NCBI GenBank assembly: GCA_000404785.1
Contig: ASNI01000003.1
Location: 7,731 to 71,730, forward strand
Direction of reading: 5' to 3'
Source: Cloacimonetes bacterium SCGC AAA252-N17
GTDB taxonomy: Bacteria > Cloacimonadota > Cloacimonadia > JGIOTU-2
Length of the DNA: 64,000 nucleotides
In this document: positions 45,625-54,928 of the stretch, one piece after another
Numbering within the stretch: position 1 is the stretch's first letter
Layout of the letters: each line of letters begins with the position of its first letter
The notes under the pieces: model-generated
Database searches by the model: none
Told to the model about the DNA's origin: nothing
The model's input: the letters and a program-made list of their open reading frames with translations, nothing else
Position numbers and translations under genes: made by a program

Positions 45625-46893
45625 ATGAATATAAAATTAAAATATGGAAAAGAATACAAAAAGTGTGTAATTCCTGAAAATAATATGTTAGGAATTCTTG
45701 GAATGGAACATATCGATGCACATACAGAGCCCAAAAAGCTCATTCGGGGAAAACTGGAATCCCCTATTGGAAGTCCTTCTTTACAGAAGATGCTTAAAAA
45801 GAAAAATCCTAAAAATATCGTCATTATTGTAAGCGATATTACTCGTCCCGGTCCATTCGCACTTATGCTGGAAACACTTCTCAAGGAACTGCTTTCTTAT
45901 GATTTTCCACATGAAAGAATTAATTGTGTAATTGCAAACGGCACACACAGAAAAATGACTGAATCCGAGATGAGATATCATTACGGAGATTGGGCTGTTG
46001 ATAATTTCCCTATAGAAAATCATGACTGCAGAGCTGGTGATCTAGTAAATCTTGGTATGATGGTTTCCGGCAATGAGCTACTCGTAAATAAGAAGGTTGC
46101 TGATGCTGATTTTCTCATCACTCTCGGTGTGATCAATCCGCATTATTTTGCCGGATTTAGCGGTGGAAGAAAATCAATTCTTCCGGGTATTTGCGGGTAC
46201 GAGACCATTCGTCATAATCACTCAAATATCGTTCATGATTATACAAAGCTCGGTAACATTGAAGACAGCAATAAGATTCATCTTGAAATGGCTGAAGCCG
46301 CTGCAATAGTCGGTGTGGACTTCACTTTGCAAGCTGTTCTCAATCATAAGAAGGAGCTCGTTCAATGCTTCGCCGGAGCGCTCGATGATGCATTTCTTGA
46401 GGGAGTGAACTTCTTTATAGAACATAATTCTGTAAAATATTCACAAAAAGCAGATGCGCTTATTGTATCTGTTGGCGGCTATCCGAAGGATATAAATTTT
46501 TATCAATCCCAGAAAGCATTGAACAATACATTTGAACTGGTAAAAGAAGGAGGTACTGTCATTCTTCTAACTGAATGTCAGGAGAATATTGGGCAGAATG
46601 AAATGGAAAAACAGCTACGCAATGCACATTCTATCGATGAACTCCTTCGGATGGATAAAAAAAATATTCAGATCGGCGGACATCGTGCATTCGCTACAGG
46701 CAGATTGCTGAAGGAAGCTGATATTCTTGTTGTGAGTTCTATGGACCCCAAACTTGTCAAAGCAGTGCATTTTACTCCCATAAATTCTGTCGAAGATGGA
46801 CTCGAATTCATAAAAGAAAAAGAAGGCGAAGATTTCTCTTGCTACATTATTCCAAATGGTGCAATGTTCTTTCCGCACAGCTCACAAACTTAA
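45625..46893 (+). CDS. LarA-like nickel-dependent racemase family protein (DUF2088)
   Basis: VSDITRP, NGTHR, INPHYFAGFSGGRKSILPG and IRHNHS. The start is MNIKLKYG, with an AAGGA SD. Confidence 0.8.
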   Translation: MNIKLKYGKEYKKCVIPENNMLGILGMEHIDAHTEPKKLIRGKLESPIGSPSLQKMLKKKNPKNIVIIVSDITRPGPFALMLETLLKELLSYDFPHERINCVIANGTHRKMTESEMRYHYGDWAVDNFPIENHDCRAGDLVNLGMMVSGNELLVNKKVADADFLITLGVINPHYFAGFSGGRKSILPGICGYETIRHNHSNIVHDYTKLGNIEDSNKIHLEMAEAAAIVGVDFTLQAVLNHKKELVQCFAGALDDAFLEGVNFFIEHNSVKYSQKADALIVSVGGYPKDINFYQSQKALNNTFELVKEGGTVILLTECQENIGQNEMEKQLRNAHSIDELLRMDKKNIQIGGHRAFATGRLLKEADILVVSSMDPKLVKAVHFTPINSVEDGLEFIKEKEGEDFSCYIIPNGAMFFPHSSQT

Positions 46894-46901
46894 AGGAACC
46901 T

Positions 46902-48054
46902 ATGTACAAAGTTATTGCTAAGAAATGTTTAACTTATGACATTCCAAGGATCAAATATGTTATAGATTCGATTTTCACTGAAACCGATTTCTATCCCACG
47001 CTAAACTCCCTCTCATCAGTGCTTCTGAAGCCCAATCTTCTGGGCGCATACCCTCCCGATAGAGCGATCACGACGCACCCTAATCTTGTGGCTGCAGTTA
47101 TTGAAATACTCAAAGATCACAAAATTGCGATCTCACTTATGGATAACCCGGGCGGAACTGTGAGCGCTATGAAAGCATATCAACTAACCGGAATGGAAAG
47201 TCTTGCAAAGCTCTATGGAGTTACCCTTATAAATCCGATCATGAACGGAATTTACACATATAATAAGAATGCAAAATACACTGTGAACAAAGCATTCATT
47301 GATGCAGAAGCAATCATTAATCTGGCAAAATTGAAAACCCACATGTACACCTTATACACAGGTGCGATTAAGAATTTTTATGGTATCATTCCGGGGCTTG
47401 CAAAATCAAATCTGCACCGACTTGCACCGAATCCAAAAAAAATTTGCAGAATTCGTGGTTGATATTTATGAGATCATAAAAGACAAAGTTGCATTCAACC
47501 TGATCGATGGCATTATTGGAATGGACGGAGACGGTCCTTCAACCGGTAATGTTAAGAAATTCGAGCTTATACTGGGCAGCAAAAATGCCATTGCACTCGA
47601 TTACTTTGCGAGCAAATTCATGGGCTTTGAGCCGGAAAAAATACCCATTACACGCATTGCTGCCGAACGTGAAGGATTGGATTTCAATAATTTTCAATTA
47701 TCTGGAGATGTGGATGAGAATTTTGTACTTCCAAATTGCAACATTCAAGCCAGTAAAAGAAAAAACAGAATTATTAGCTTGCTTTCAGTACCCTTGAAAG
47801 GTTTCATTAAACGCTTCTTCTGGACTATCCCCTATTTTGATCCAAAAAAGTGTGTACAATGCAAAGCATGTGTAAAATTCTGCCCCGGAAAAGCCCTTAC
47901 TCTCGAAGATAATGAGCTCGTACCGCAATTGGATACACAAAAATGTATACTCTGCATGTGCTGCATTGAGATATGCCCTGAAAATGCAGTCTCATTGAAA
48001 AAAAGTTTTCTTGGCAAAATGCTCATTCACGAACATGATGCATCAATATCATAA
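46902..48054 (+). CDS. DUF362 domain protein with C-terminal 2x[4Fe-4S] domain, frame broken at an A8 run (47435-47442)
   Basis: ORF 46902-47462 (...LAKLKTHMYTLYTGAIKNFYGIIPGLAKSNLHRLAPNPKK) and ORF 47362-48054 (...KFAEFVVDIYEII...IDGIIGMDGDGPSTG...CVQCKACVKFCP...CILCMCCIEICP) join into one DUF362 protein if one A is removed. Confidence 0.75.
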
Positions 48055-48390
48055 ACTAAATTATAAACTAACAAACATTTTATTCATAGTATATAAGCTG
48101 GCTTACTAAGATTCGGAATGTTGTATCGTTTAAGTTGTACCCTATTAAACCATCTGTTCTACTACATTCTATGATTACAATGTATAGAAAATTTGTGAAT
48201 AACAATCAAATGTGTAAGTTTAAATAGAGCTTAATTATGTAACATACTATTGGTGTCATATAACCATTCTTTATCTAACTTATTGTTACAAAAATAGTAA
48301 ATGAAGATAAGTTTGAAAAAATATTGGAACCATATCTTACATCTATAATGTTTGATACGTTGTTTTTCTAATTCAATTTACATTTTTTTA

Positions 48391-48438
48391 TTGACACAAT
48401 ATTCTTATAAGAATTTTGTTGACACCTATTAAGTGTCA
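48391..48438. promoter_or_regulatory. Operator-like palindromes upstream of the TrmB-like gene
   Basis: TGACAC at 48392-48397 and 48420-48425, inverted GTGTCA at 48433-48438, and the perfect 14-bp palindrome ATTCTTATAAGAAT at 48401-48414. They sit in a 460-bp AT-rich intergenic region. Confidence 0.35.
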
Positions 48439-48515
48439 CAGTTTTTTAGTAATTGAATTTAGTATGAAAAAATATGCTATAGAATTTTGTCCAAAGATCA
48501 AGGAAAAAGAGTAAA

Positions 48516-49358
48516 ATGAAAGATAATTGTTATATTGAGAATTTGCAAACAATTGGATTATCAGAAGTTGAGTCTAAAGTATATCTAAATCTTCTGAAGA
48601 AAAAAAATTTTACCGCAACTGAGATTTCAAGATTATCCGGAGTTCACCGGACAAAAATCTATGAGGTTTTACATCAGTTAGTAAAAAAGGGCTTGTGCTT
48701 TGAAATATTAGGCAATGTAAACAAATATTCCCCAACAGATCCCAGTAATGCATTGAAAAGACTTATTCAAAAAGCCGAGGATGAGTACAAAAAGGAATTG
48801 GAATATAAGAATATCATAGCATCCAATATTTCAGATAGTCTTGCACATATATATAATTCTGAAAAAGGGAATACAGATCCATTGGATTATATTCAAATAA
48901 TCAGAAACAAGAGCGCAGTAGCAGAACAATTTGAGTATTTACATAAGACAGCAAAGGAGGAAATTCTATGTTTTGCCAAAAGCCCTTTCATGATACCTAC
49001 AGCAAAATATTTCCCGGTGCATTATGCTCTAAAGAATAAACTTATTGTGAAATCTATTTATGAAATAAAAGATTTGGAAAACATAGATTATAAAAATGAA
49101 GTTGTCTCTTTTATTTAAGAAGGTGAAGAGGTAAAATTTTATGAGGACCTTCCAATAAAAATGATGGTTTTTGATAGAAAAATTGTTTTATTGGGATTAG
49201 TTGATAATATATATCCTAATGAAAATTGTACTACATTAGTGATTGAACATAAAGATATAGCAAACACATTTATACACTTATTTGATAATTGTTGGAAGAA
49301 AGCAATAGATAGTAATGATTTTAATATTGAAAATAATAAAATATTAAAGGAGCAATAA
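48516..49358 (+). CDS. TrmB-family transcriptional regulator interrupted by in-frame TAA (49116-49118)
   Basis: N-terminal wHTH LSEVESKVYLNLLKKKNFTATEISRLSGVHRTKIYEVLHQLVKKGL. ORFs 48516-49118 and 49161-49358 are in the same frame, and the codons between them (EGEEVKFYEDLPIK) are open. Confidence 0.75.
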
Positions 49359-51106
49359 TGAAAAAGTATAAATTATCATTCTTATACTTAACGATTCTTT
49401 TCTTGCTATTCACCACTAAATCATACGGTCAATGGCTCGAGACGACAATTCCAGTAGGAAGTAATCCTAATCACTTAGTTTATAATTCAACCGATAACAA
49501 AATATACACTGCTAACTGGGGTTACGGTGCCAACACTGTTACCGTGATTGATGGTGCAACCAATAGTGTCATCACAACAATTCCAATAGGAAATGCTCCT
49601 CATACCTTATGTTATAATCCGACCAATAATAAAGTATACACTGCTAATCCTTTTAGCGACCCTTCCACTGTTACCGTGATTGATGGTGCAACCAATAGTG
49701 TCATCACAACAATTCCAGTAGGAACTTATCCTTATGGTCCAATGTATAATCCGACTGACAACAAAGTATATACTGCTAACTGGACAAGCAACGATGTTAC
49801 GGTGATTGATGGTGCAACCAATGGTGTAATTACAACAATTACACTTGGAGCGCCCGCTCCCTGGGGACCCTTTGACTTAGGTTATAATCCGACCGACAAC
49901 AAAGTATATTGTGCTAATTGGTCTAATAGCACTGTTACCGTGATTGATGGTGCAACCAATAGTATAATTACTACAATTCCAGCCGGAACTTACCCCTGCG
50001 CAGTCGTTCATAATCCGACCAATAACAAGGTCTATTGGGCTAATTCAAGCGCCTCGAGCAGCAGTGTTACCGTGATTAATGGTGCAACCGATAGTGTAAT
50101 TACTACAATTCCAGTAAAACGTGTTCCTTATGCCTTAACTTATAATCTAACCAATAACAAAGTTTACTGTGCAAATCAGTGGCGCGACACGGTTACTGTG
50201 ATTGATGGTGCAACCGATAGTGTCATCACAACAATTCCAGTAGGAGATGAACCTTCTGCTTTATTTTATAATCCGACTAATAACAAAGTCTATTGTGCTA
50301 ATTCAGGGACTTACTCCAGTATGGGTAGGACTATCACAATTATTGATGGTGCAACCAATAGTGTACTTACTACAATTGAAGTCGGCAACGGTCCTAAAGC
50401 CTTTACTTATAACCCGCAATATAACCGAGTCTATGTTGCGAATTATTATGGTAACAGCGTATCAGTAATTCGGGATTCGATGCTAACAGCACCAGCATTC
50501 TCCGTCACGCCTGAGAGTATCGATTTTGGCGAGGTATATATCGATTCGAGCAAGACCGAAAGTGTTACTGTGACTAATACGGGCAACGCAACACTGGATA
50601 TCACCTCAGTGATGTCAGATAATGCTGAGTTTACTGTTACACCAAACAGTGGTAGCCTTGCTCCAGCAGAAAGCATGGAATTCCACATCACTTTTGCTCC
50701 GACCGATCCCGGTGCCGAAACAGGTAACATCATCTTTATGCATAATGCTACGACCTCGCCAGACACGGTAACCGTAGTTGGAAACGTGATTGTTGGTATC
50801 GACGAAATAGAGTATGATGGCATTCCTGCATTCTACGCTTTATCACATAACTATCCCAATCCATTCAAGACCGAGACCTACATTCACTTTCAATTGCCCC
50901 GACCTGGTGTTGCTGCAATTGCGATCTATAACGTCACTGGTCAACGCATAAAAACTCTGGTTAACGAGCACATGGATGCCGGTTATCATACTGTTCGTTG
51001 GGATGGCAAAAGTGAAGATAATCAAAGAGTAAGTAGCGCTGTTTATTTCTGTCTGATGAAAGCTGGTGAATATACTTCGGTGAAAAAGATTTTCTTAATG
51101 CGTTAA
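49358..51106 (+). CDS. Secreted YVTN-family beta-propeller repeat protein with Ig-like domain and T9SS/FlgD-Ig C-terminal domain
   Basis: About 8 repeats of NNKVY.AN....TVTVIDGATNSVITTIPVG, with a 50-nt exact DNA repeat at 49536-49585 and 49668-49717. The C-terminus reads NYPNPF...IYNVTGQRI...WDGKSEDNQRVSSAVYFCLMKAG. Confidence 0.85.
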   Translation: MKKYKLSFLYLTILFLLFTTKSYGQWLETTIPVGSNPNHLVYNSTDNKIYTANWGYGANTVTVIDGATNSVITTIPIGNAPHTLCYNPTNNKVYTANPFSDPSTVTVIDGATNSVITTIPVGTYPYGPMYNPTDNKVYTANWTSNDVTVIDGATNGVITTITLGAPAPWGPFDLGYNPTDNKVYCANWSNSTVTVIDGATNSIITTIPAGTYPCAVVHNPTNNKVYWANSSASSSSVTVINGATDSVITTIPVKRVPYALTYNLTNNKVYCANQWRDTVTVIDGATDSVITTIPVGDEPSALFYNPTNNKVYCANSGTYSSMGRTITIIDGATNSVLTTIEVGNGPKAFTYNPQYNRVYVANYYGNSVSVIRDSMLTAPAFSVTPESIDFGEVYIDSSKTESVTVTNTGNATLDITSVMSDNAEFTVTPNSGSLAPAESMEFHITFAPTDPGAETGNIIFMHNATTSPDTVTVVGNVIVGIDEIEYDGIPAFYALSHNYPNPFKTETYIHFQLPRPGVAAIAIYNVTGQRIKTLVNEHMDAGYHTVRWDGKSEDNQRVSSAVYFCLMKAGEYTSVKKIFLMR

Positions 51107-51266
51107 GAAGCGGATTAATTGAAGCGAGTTGATAATATAAACAGAGATATAAGATCCTCGTACCTACCTCTTGTGGGGCAAGATATGCATGTTGATCGAG
51201 ATTAAAGCAATTTGTGCGGAAAAGATGACCAATAAAGATCAAAACATCATAAGAGGAGGTGATATA

Positions 51267-51809
51267 ATGCTTAAGCAAAGCTTACAAGCAATTGGTTTCC
51301 TTGTTGCTATAGTGTGCTTGCTTAATAGCTCACCTTTGTTTGCCCAGAGTCCTCCAGATACTCTCTGGACAAAGGCATTCGGAGGCACTGACAAAGATTG
51401 GGGTGAGTCAGTTTGCCAGACTTCTGATGGAGGATATATAATAGCTGGCTATACAAGCTCCTACGGTGCGGGTGGATTTGATGTTTATCTTATTAAAATA
51501 AATGCGGAACCGATAGAGATAGACAACCAAGAATCCTTACCGTCATGTTCCCCATTCCTCCAGAATTATCCTAATCCATTTAACTCCAAAACATCTATAA
51601 AATACTCATTATCACATCCGGGTAATGTACAAGTTGAAATTTACAATATAAAAGGACAATTAGTAGAAACCCTTTTGGATAAAGATACATCCATCGGCTT
51701 TCATACTATTGAATGGGATGCACAGGATATGACTCTGGGTATCTACTTCTGCAAACTCGTTGCTGACAAGAAGGAAACCGTGAAAAAAATGGTGCTAATA
51801 ATGTTATAA
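51267..51809 (+). CDS. Short secreted SBBP-like single-repeat protein with T9SS/FlgD-Ig C-terminal domain
   Basis: AGGAGG SD; MLKQSLQAIGFLVAIVCLLNSSPLFAQ; one PDTLWTKAFGGTDKDWGESVCQTSDGGYIIAGYTSSYGAGGFDVYLIK unit; C-terminus NYPNPF...IYNIKGQLV...WDAQDM. Confidence 0.8.
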   Translation: MLKQSLQAIGFLVAIVCLLNSSPLFAQSPPDTLWTKAFGGTDKDWGESVCQTSDGGYIIAGYTSSYGAGGFDVYLIKINAEPIEIDNQESLPSCSPFLQNYPNPFNSKTSIKYSLSHPGNVQVEIYNIKGQLVETLLDKDTSIGFHTIEWDAQDMTLGIYFCKLVADKKETVKKMVLIML

Positions 51810-51931
51810 TTTCAAAGTTTAATTCCATACATTAGGAGACATGAAACTGTTCAAAAAAATAAAAATTCAAAGCATAAACCTGTTCCTTATCAAAATAAGC
51901 AGAAACACAAAATTAAAGAACGGAGGTAAAG

Positions 51932-53446
51932 ATGTTAAAGCAACCATATATAACTTTAACAGAAAAGTTACAAAACCTAATAATGCATAAAAAATTACTA
52001 ATCAGCATATTCATAGGATTGGTGATATGGATTTTAAGTGCAAATCTATGGGCGCAACCAGATACTCTCTGGACAAAGACTTACGGTGGTACAGGTAGTG
52101 ATCGTGGTGAGTCTGTTTGCCAAACAACAGACGGTGATTATATAATAGCTGGATCGACACGATCTTTCGGTGCAGGTGGATCTGATGTATGGCTTATAAA
52201 GACAGATGCAAATGGTGATACACTCTGGACAAGAACATTTGGAGGTACTGATACTGATCGTGGATTTTCAGTCTGTAAGTCAACGAATGACGGCTATGCA
52301 ATAGCTGGTTATACAAGCTCTTATGGTGCAGGTGGAAATGATGTATATCTTATAAAGACAGATGCAAACGGTGATACACTCTGGACAAAAACTTTCGGCG
52401 GTACAGGTAGTGACCGCAGCCTTTCGGTTTGCAAGACAACAGATGATGGTTATATAATCGCAGGTTATACAAATTCATATGGTGCAGGCGGAAATGATGT
52501 CTATCTTGTAAGGACAGATGCAAACGGTGATACACTCTGGACAAAAACTTACGGTGGTACAGACAATGATTGGGGTAGATCGGTTTGCCAAACAACAGAT
52601 GGAGGGTATGTAATAACTGGTGAGACATTATCCTACGGAATAGGTTTATATGATGTATATCTCATCAAAACAGATTGTAACGGGGATACACTTTGGACTA
52701 AAACATATGGAGGAACCGGTAATGATTATGGATTTTCAGTTTGTCAGACAATTGATGAAGATTATCTCATAGTAGGTTATACTAGTTCATTTGGTAAATC
52801 CTTAGGAGATGTATATCTCATAAAGACAGACTCAAATGGAAATACCTATTGGCAGGAAACATACGGCGGTTATTATACGGATTGCGGATATTCAATTTTT
52901 GAAATAGTAGGTGGAGGGTATGTCATAGCTGGTGAGACATGGTCCTTCGGAGCAGGACAAGGTGACGTATATCTCATAAAGACTGACATTGCGGGTTGTA
53001 TTATATGGACTAAGACAATCGGAGGAATAACCAGTGATCATGGTTATTCAATTCGTCAAACAACGGATGAAGGGTTTATTATAGCCGGTTATACGGACTC
53101 ATTCGGGGCAGGTGGAAATGATGTGTATCTTATAAAAACTGACATGGATCCGGTTGGAATTGATAATCATGAAGATACATTATCCAACCTACAATATATA
53201 CAGAATTACCCTAATCCATTTAAAAATCATACTGCAATAAGTTACACATTAAAAAAACCACGTAATATAATTATGAGAATTTACAATGTGAAAGGAAAAT
53301 TGGTACAAGAAATTTTTAAAGGAAACAAAGATACTGGAACACACACAATTGAATGGGATGCAAAAGATATGACTCCTGGTATCTATTTCTACAAACTCAC
53401 TGCCGACAAGAAAGAAATCGTGAAGAAAATGGTGCTGATGAGATAA
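51932..53446 (+). CDS. Secreted SBBP-like beta-propeller repeat protein (about 8 repeats) with T9SS/FlgD-Ig C-terminal domain
   Basis: Repeats of about 50 aa, (D.NGDT)LWTKT(Y/F)GG.G.D.G.SVCQT.D.GY.I.G.T.S.GAG..DV.LIKTD. GGAGG SD is present. The C-terminal domain is paralogous to that of 51267-51809. Confidence 0.85.
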   Translation: MLKQPYITLTEKLQNLIMHKKLLISIFIGLVIWILSANLWAQPDTLWTKTYGGTGSDRGESVCQTTDGDYIIAGSTRSFGAGGSDVWLIKTDANGDTLWTRTFGGTDTDRGFSVCKSTNDGYAIAGYTSSYGAGGNDVYLIKTDANGDTLWTKTFGGTGSDRSLSVCKTTDDGYIIAGYTNSYGAGGNDVYLVRTDANGDTLWTKTYGGTDNDWGRSVCQTTDGGYVITGETLSYGIGLYDVYLIKTDCNGDTLWTKTYGGTGNDYGFSVCQTIDEDYLIVGYTSSFGKSLGDVYLIKTDSNGNTYWQETYGGYYTDCGYSIFEIVGGGYVIAGETWSFGAGQGDVYLIKTDIAGCIIWTKTIGGITSDHGYSIRQTTDEGFIIAGYTDSFGAGGNDVYLIKTDMDPVGIDNHEDTLSNLQYIQNYPNPFKNHTAISYTLKKPRNIIMRIYNVKGKLVQEIFKGNKDTGTHTIEWDAKDMTPGIYFYKLTADKKEIVKKMVLMR

Positions 53447-53465
53447 TCTTACACCTCTTTACTTA

Positions 53466-53499
53466 AAAAGAGAGACGTACTTTTGTGCGTCTCTTTTTT
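53466..53499 (+). terminator. Rho-independent terminator after the SBBP-repeat gene
   Basis: AGAGACG (53471-53477), 10-nt loop, CGTCTCT (53488-53494), then a T-run. Confidence 0.75.
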
Positions 53500-53704
53500 G
53501 TAAATTGTTGAAATATAACAAATCATTAGTTTATCAACTTTCAAAACCTTAAAAATTTGACAATAATTTACCTGAGCTGGCATTGTTACTCCTACGTTTA
53601 TGGATAAATATATTATATGTGCAGCGGGAGAAAAACATGTGAGCCCAACAAAGATGGGCTTTACAAAATTGTGTGAAATAATAGCACCACAAATCATATA
53701 TTAC

Positions 53705-53740
53705 AAGGCATTTATGGAATTCATAAGTGCCTTTTTTGTT
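53705..53740 (+). terminator. Orphan terminator-like hairpin with T-run, 35 nt upstream of the next gene
   Basis: AAGGCA-T-TTATG gaattc CATAA-G-TGCCTT (53705-53733), followed by TTTTTG. No plus-strand CDS ends just upstream. Confidence 0.5.
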
Positions 53741-53774
53741 ATCATATATTTTTACTATCCTTTAGGAGTTAGGC

Positions 53775-54479
53775 ATGCTTAACGAGATCAAGGTTTTACG
53801 AAATCTACAGGAACTCGATGATAAGATCCTGCTAAATACAAAAGAAATCGAGCGTTTACCAAAAGTTGTGCAGGAACTGGAAGAAAAATACAGTTCTGAG
53901 CAAGAGTCCGTCAAGAACATCACTCAGCGGCTTGAGCAGAATCTTTTGCAGCAGAAAAAACTGGAGCTTGACATCACATCCAATAATCAGGATATTAATA
54001 AGTACGAAAACCAGTTGCTCTCAGTCAAGACGAACAAAGAATACAAAGCGCTCAACGCAGAGATCACTCATCAAAAAGAGAAAAATGCTGATATAGAAGA
54101 ACAGCTTATCGAATTCATGGAAGAAGAATCTGTTCTCAGAGAAGAAAAAAAGAAATTTGAAGAACTCTTTCAAAAAGATCAGAATATCTTTGAAGAGGAA
54201 AAGGCAAAAATAGACAAGCAGGTTGCTGAGCTTCAAAAGAAGGTAGATGAGCTGGAAGCTGAAAAGCTCAAACTATCAAAGGAAATCCCTGATCTTTTAT
54301 ACCGCAGGTATCAGCGCCTTATTCAACATGGTAACGGAAAAGCTGTTGTCACATTAAGCAAAGGTACTTGTACCGGCTGCCATTTTCGTGTTCGTCCGCA
54401 GATCATGGTTGAAGTTTCCAAGAATGACAGGATCATTACTTGCGAAAATTGCTCTAGAATATTAATTGCACCTAAATAG
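53775..54479 (+). CDS. Coiled-coil zinc-ribbon protein (COG1579/DUF164 type)
   Basis: Long coiled coil, then C-terminal CTGCHFRV...CENCSRIL. Confidence 0.8.
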   Translation: MLNEIKVLRNLQELDDKILLNTKEIERLPKVVQELEEKYSSEQESVKNITQRLEQNLLQQKKLELDITSNNQDINKYENQLLSVKTNKEYKALNAEITHQKEKNADIEEQLIEFMEEESVLREEKKKFEELFQKDQNIFEEEKAKIDKQVAELQKKVDELEAEKLKLSKEIPDLLYRRYQRLIQHGNGKAVVTLSKGTCTGCHFRVRPQIMVEVSKNDRIITCENCSRILIAPK

Positions 54480-54486
54480 TGTGCAT

Positions 54487-54901
54487 AAGATAATAAGACG
54501 ATCGCCCTCCGATAAATCGGGGGAAGGAAAGTCCGAACACCAGGAGCACGATACTACGTAACACGTAGTTCCAGCGATGGAAAGAAAGTGCCACAGAAAA
54601 TAAACCGCTCTCGATTAGTCGGGAAGCAAGGGTGAAAAGGTGGTGTAAGAGACCACCAGTGCCGGTGGTGACATCGGCAGCTCGGTAAACCTTATTGGTG
54701 CAAGGTCAAATAGAAGAGGAATCCGCCAACCGGCGGATACGAACTGCTCCATTCGTCATACTCTCGGGTAGACCGCCAAACTCAATCACAGAACGGACTG
54801 TGAGTTCTTCTTCGGAAGAGTGCTGTGAAGCTTGAGATAGATAAATGATCGTCGTCCCGAACTTGTACTTCGGGAAACAGAATTCGGCTTATTATTATCT
54901 T
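54487..54901 (+). ncRNA. rnpB: RNase P RNA, bacterial type A
   Basis: GGAAGGAAAGTCCGAACAC, GTGCCACAGAAAA, GGTGAAAAGGTGGTGTAAGAGACCACC, GGTAAACC and ACAGAATTCGGCTTA. P1 is formed by AAGATAATAAG with CTTATTATTATCTT. Confidence 0.92.
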
Positions 54902-54928
54902 CTGCATATTATAAGGTTTGGAGAATAG

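Noticed and set aside
53600-53782. A 60-aa ORF in the spacer upstream of the COG1579 gene.
   Set aside because: It spans two hairpins including a terminator-like structure, runs into the next gene's start, and has no SD. RNA-level function is more likely.
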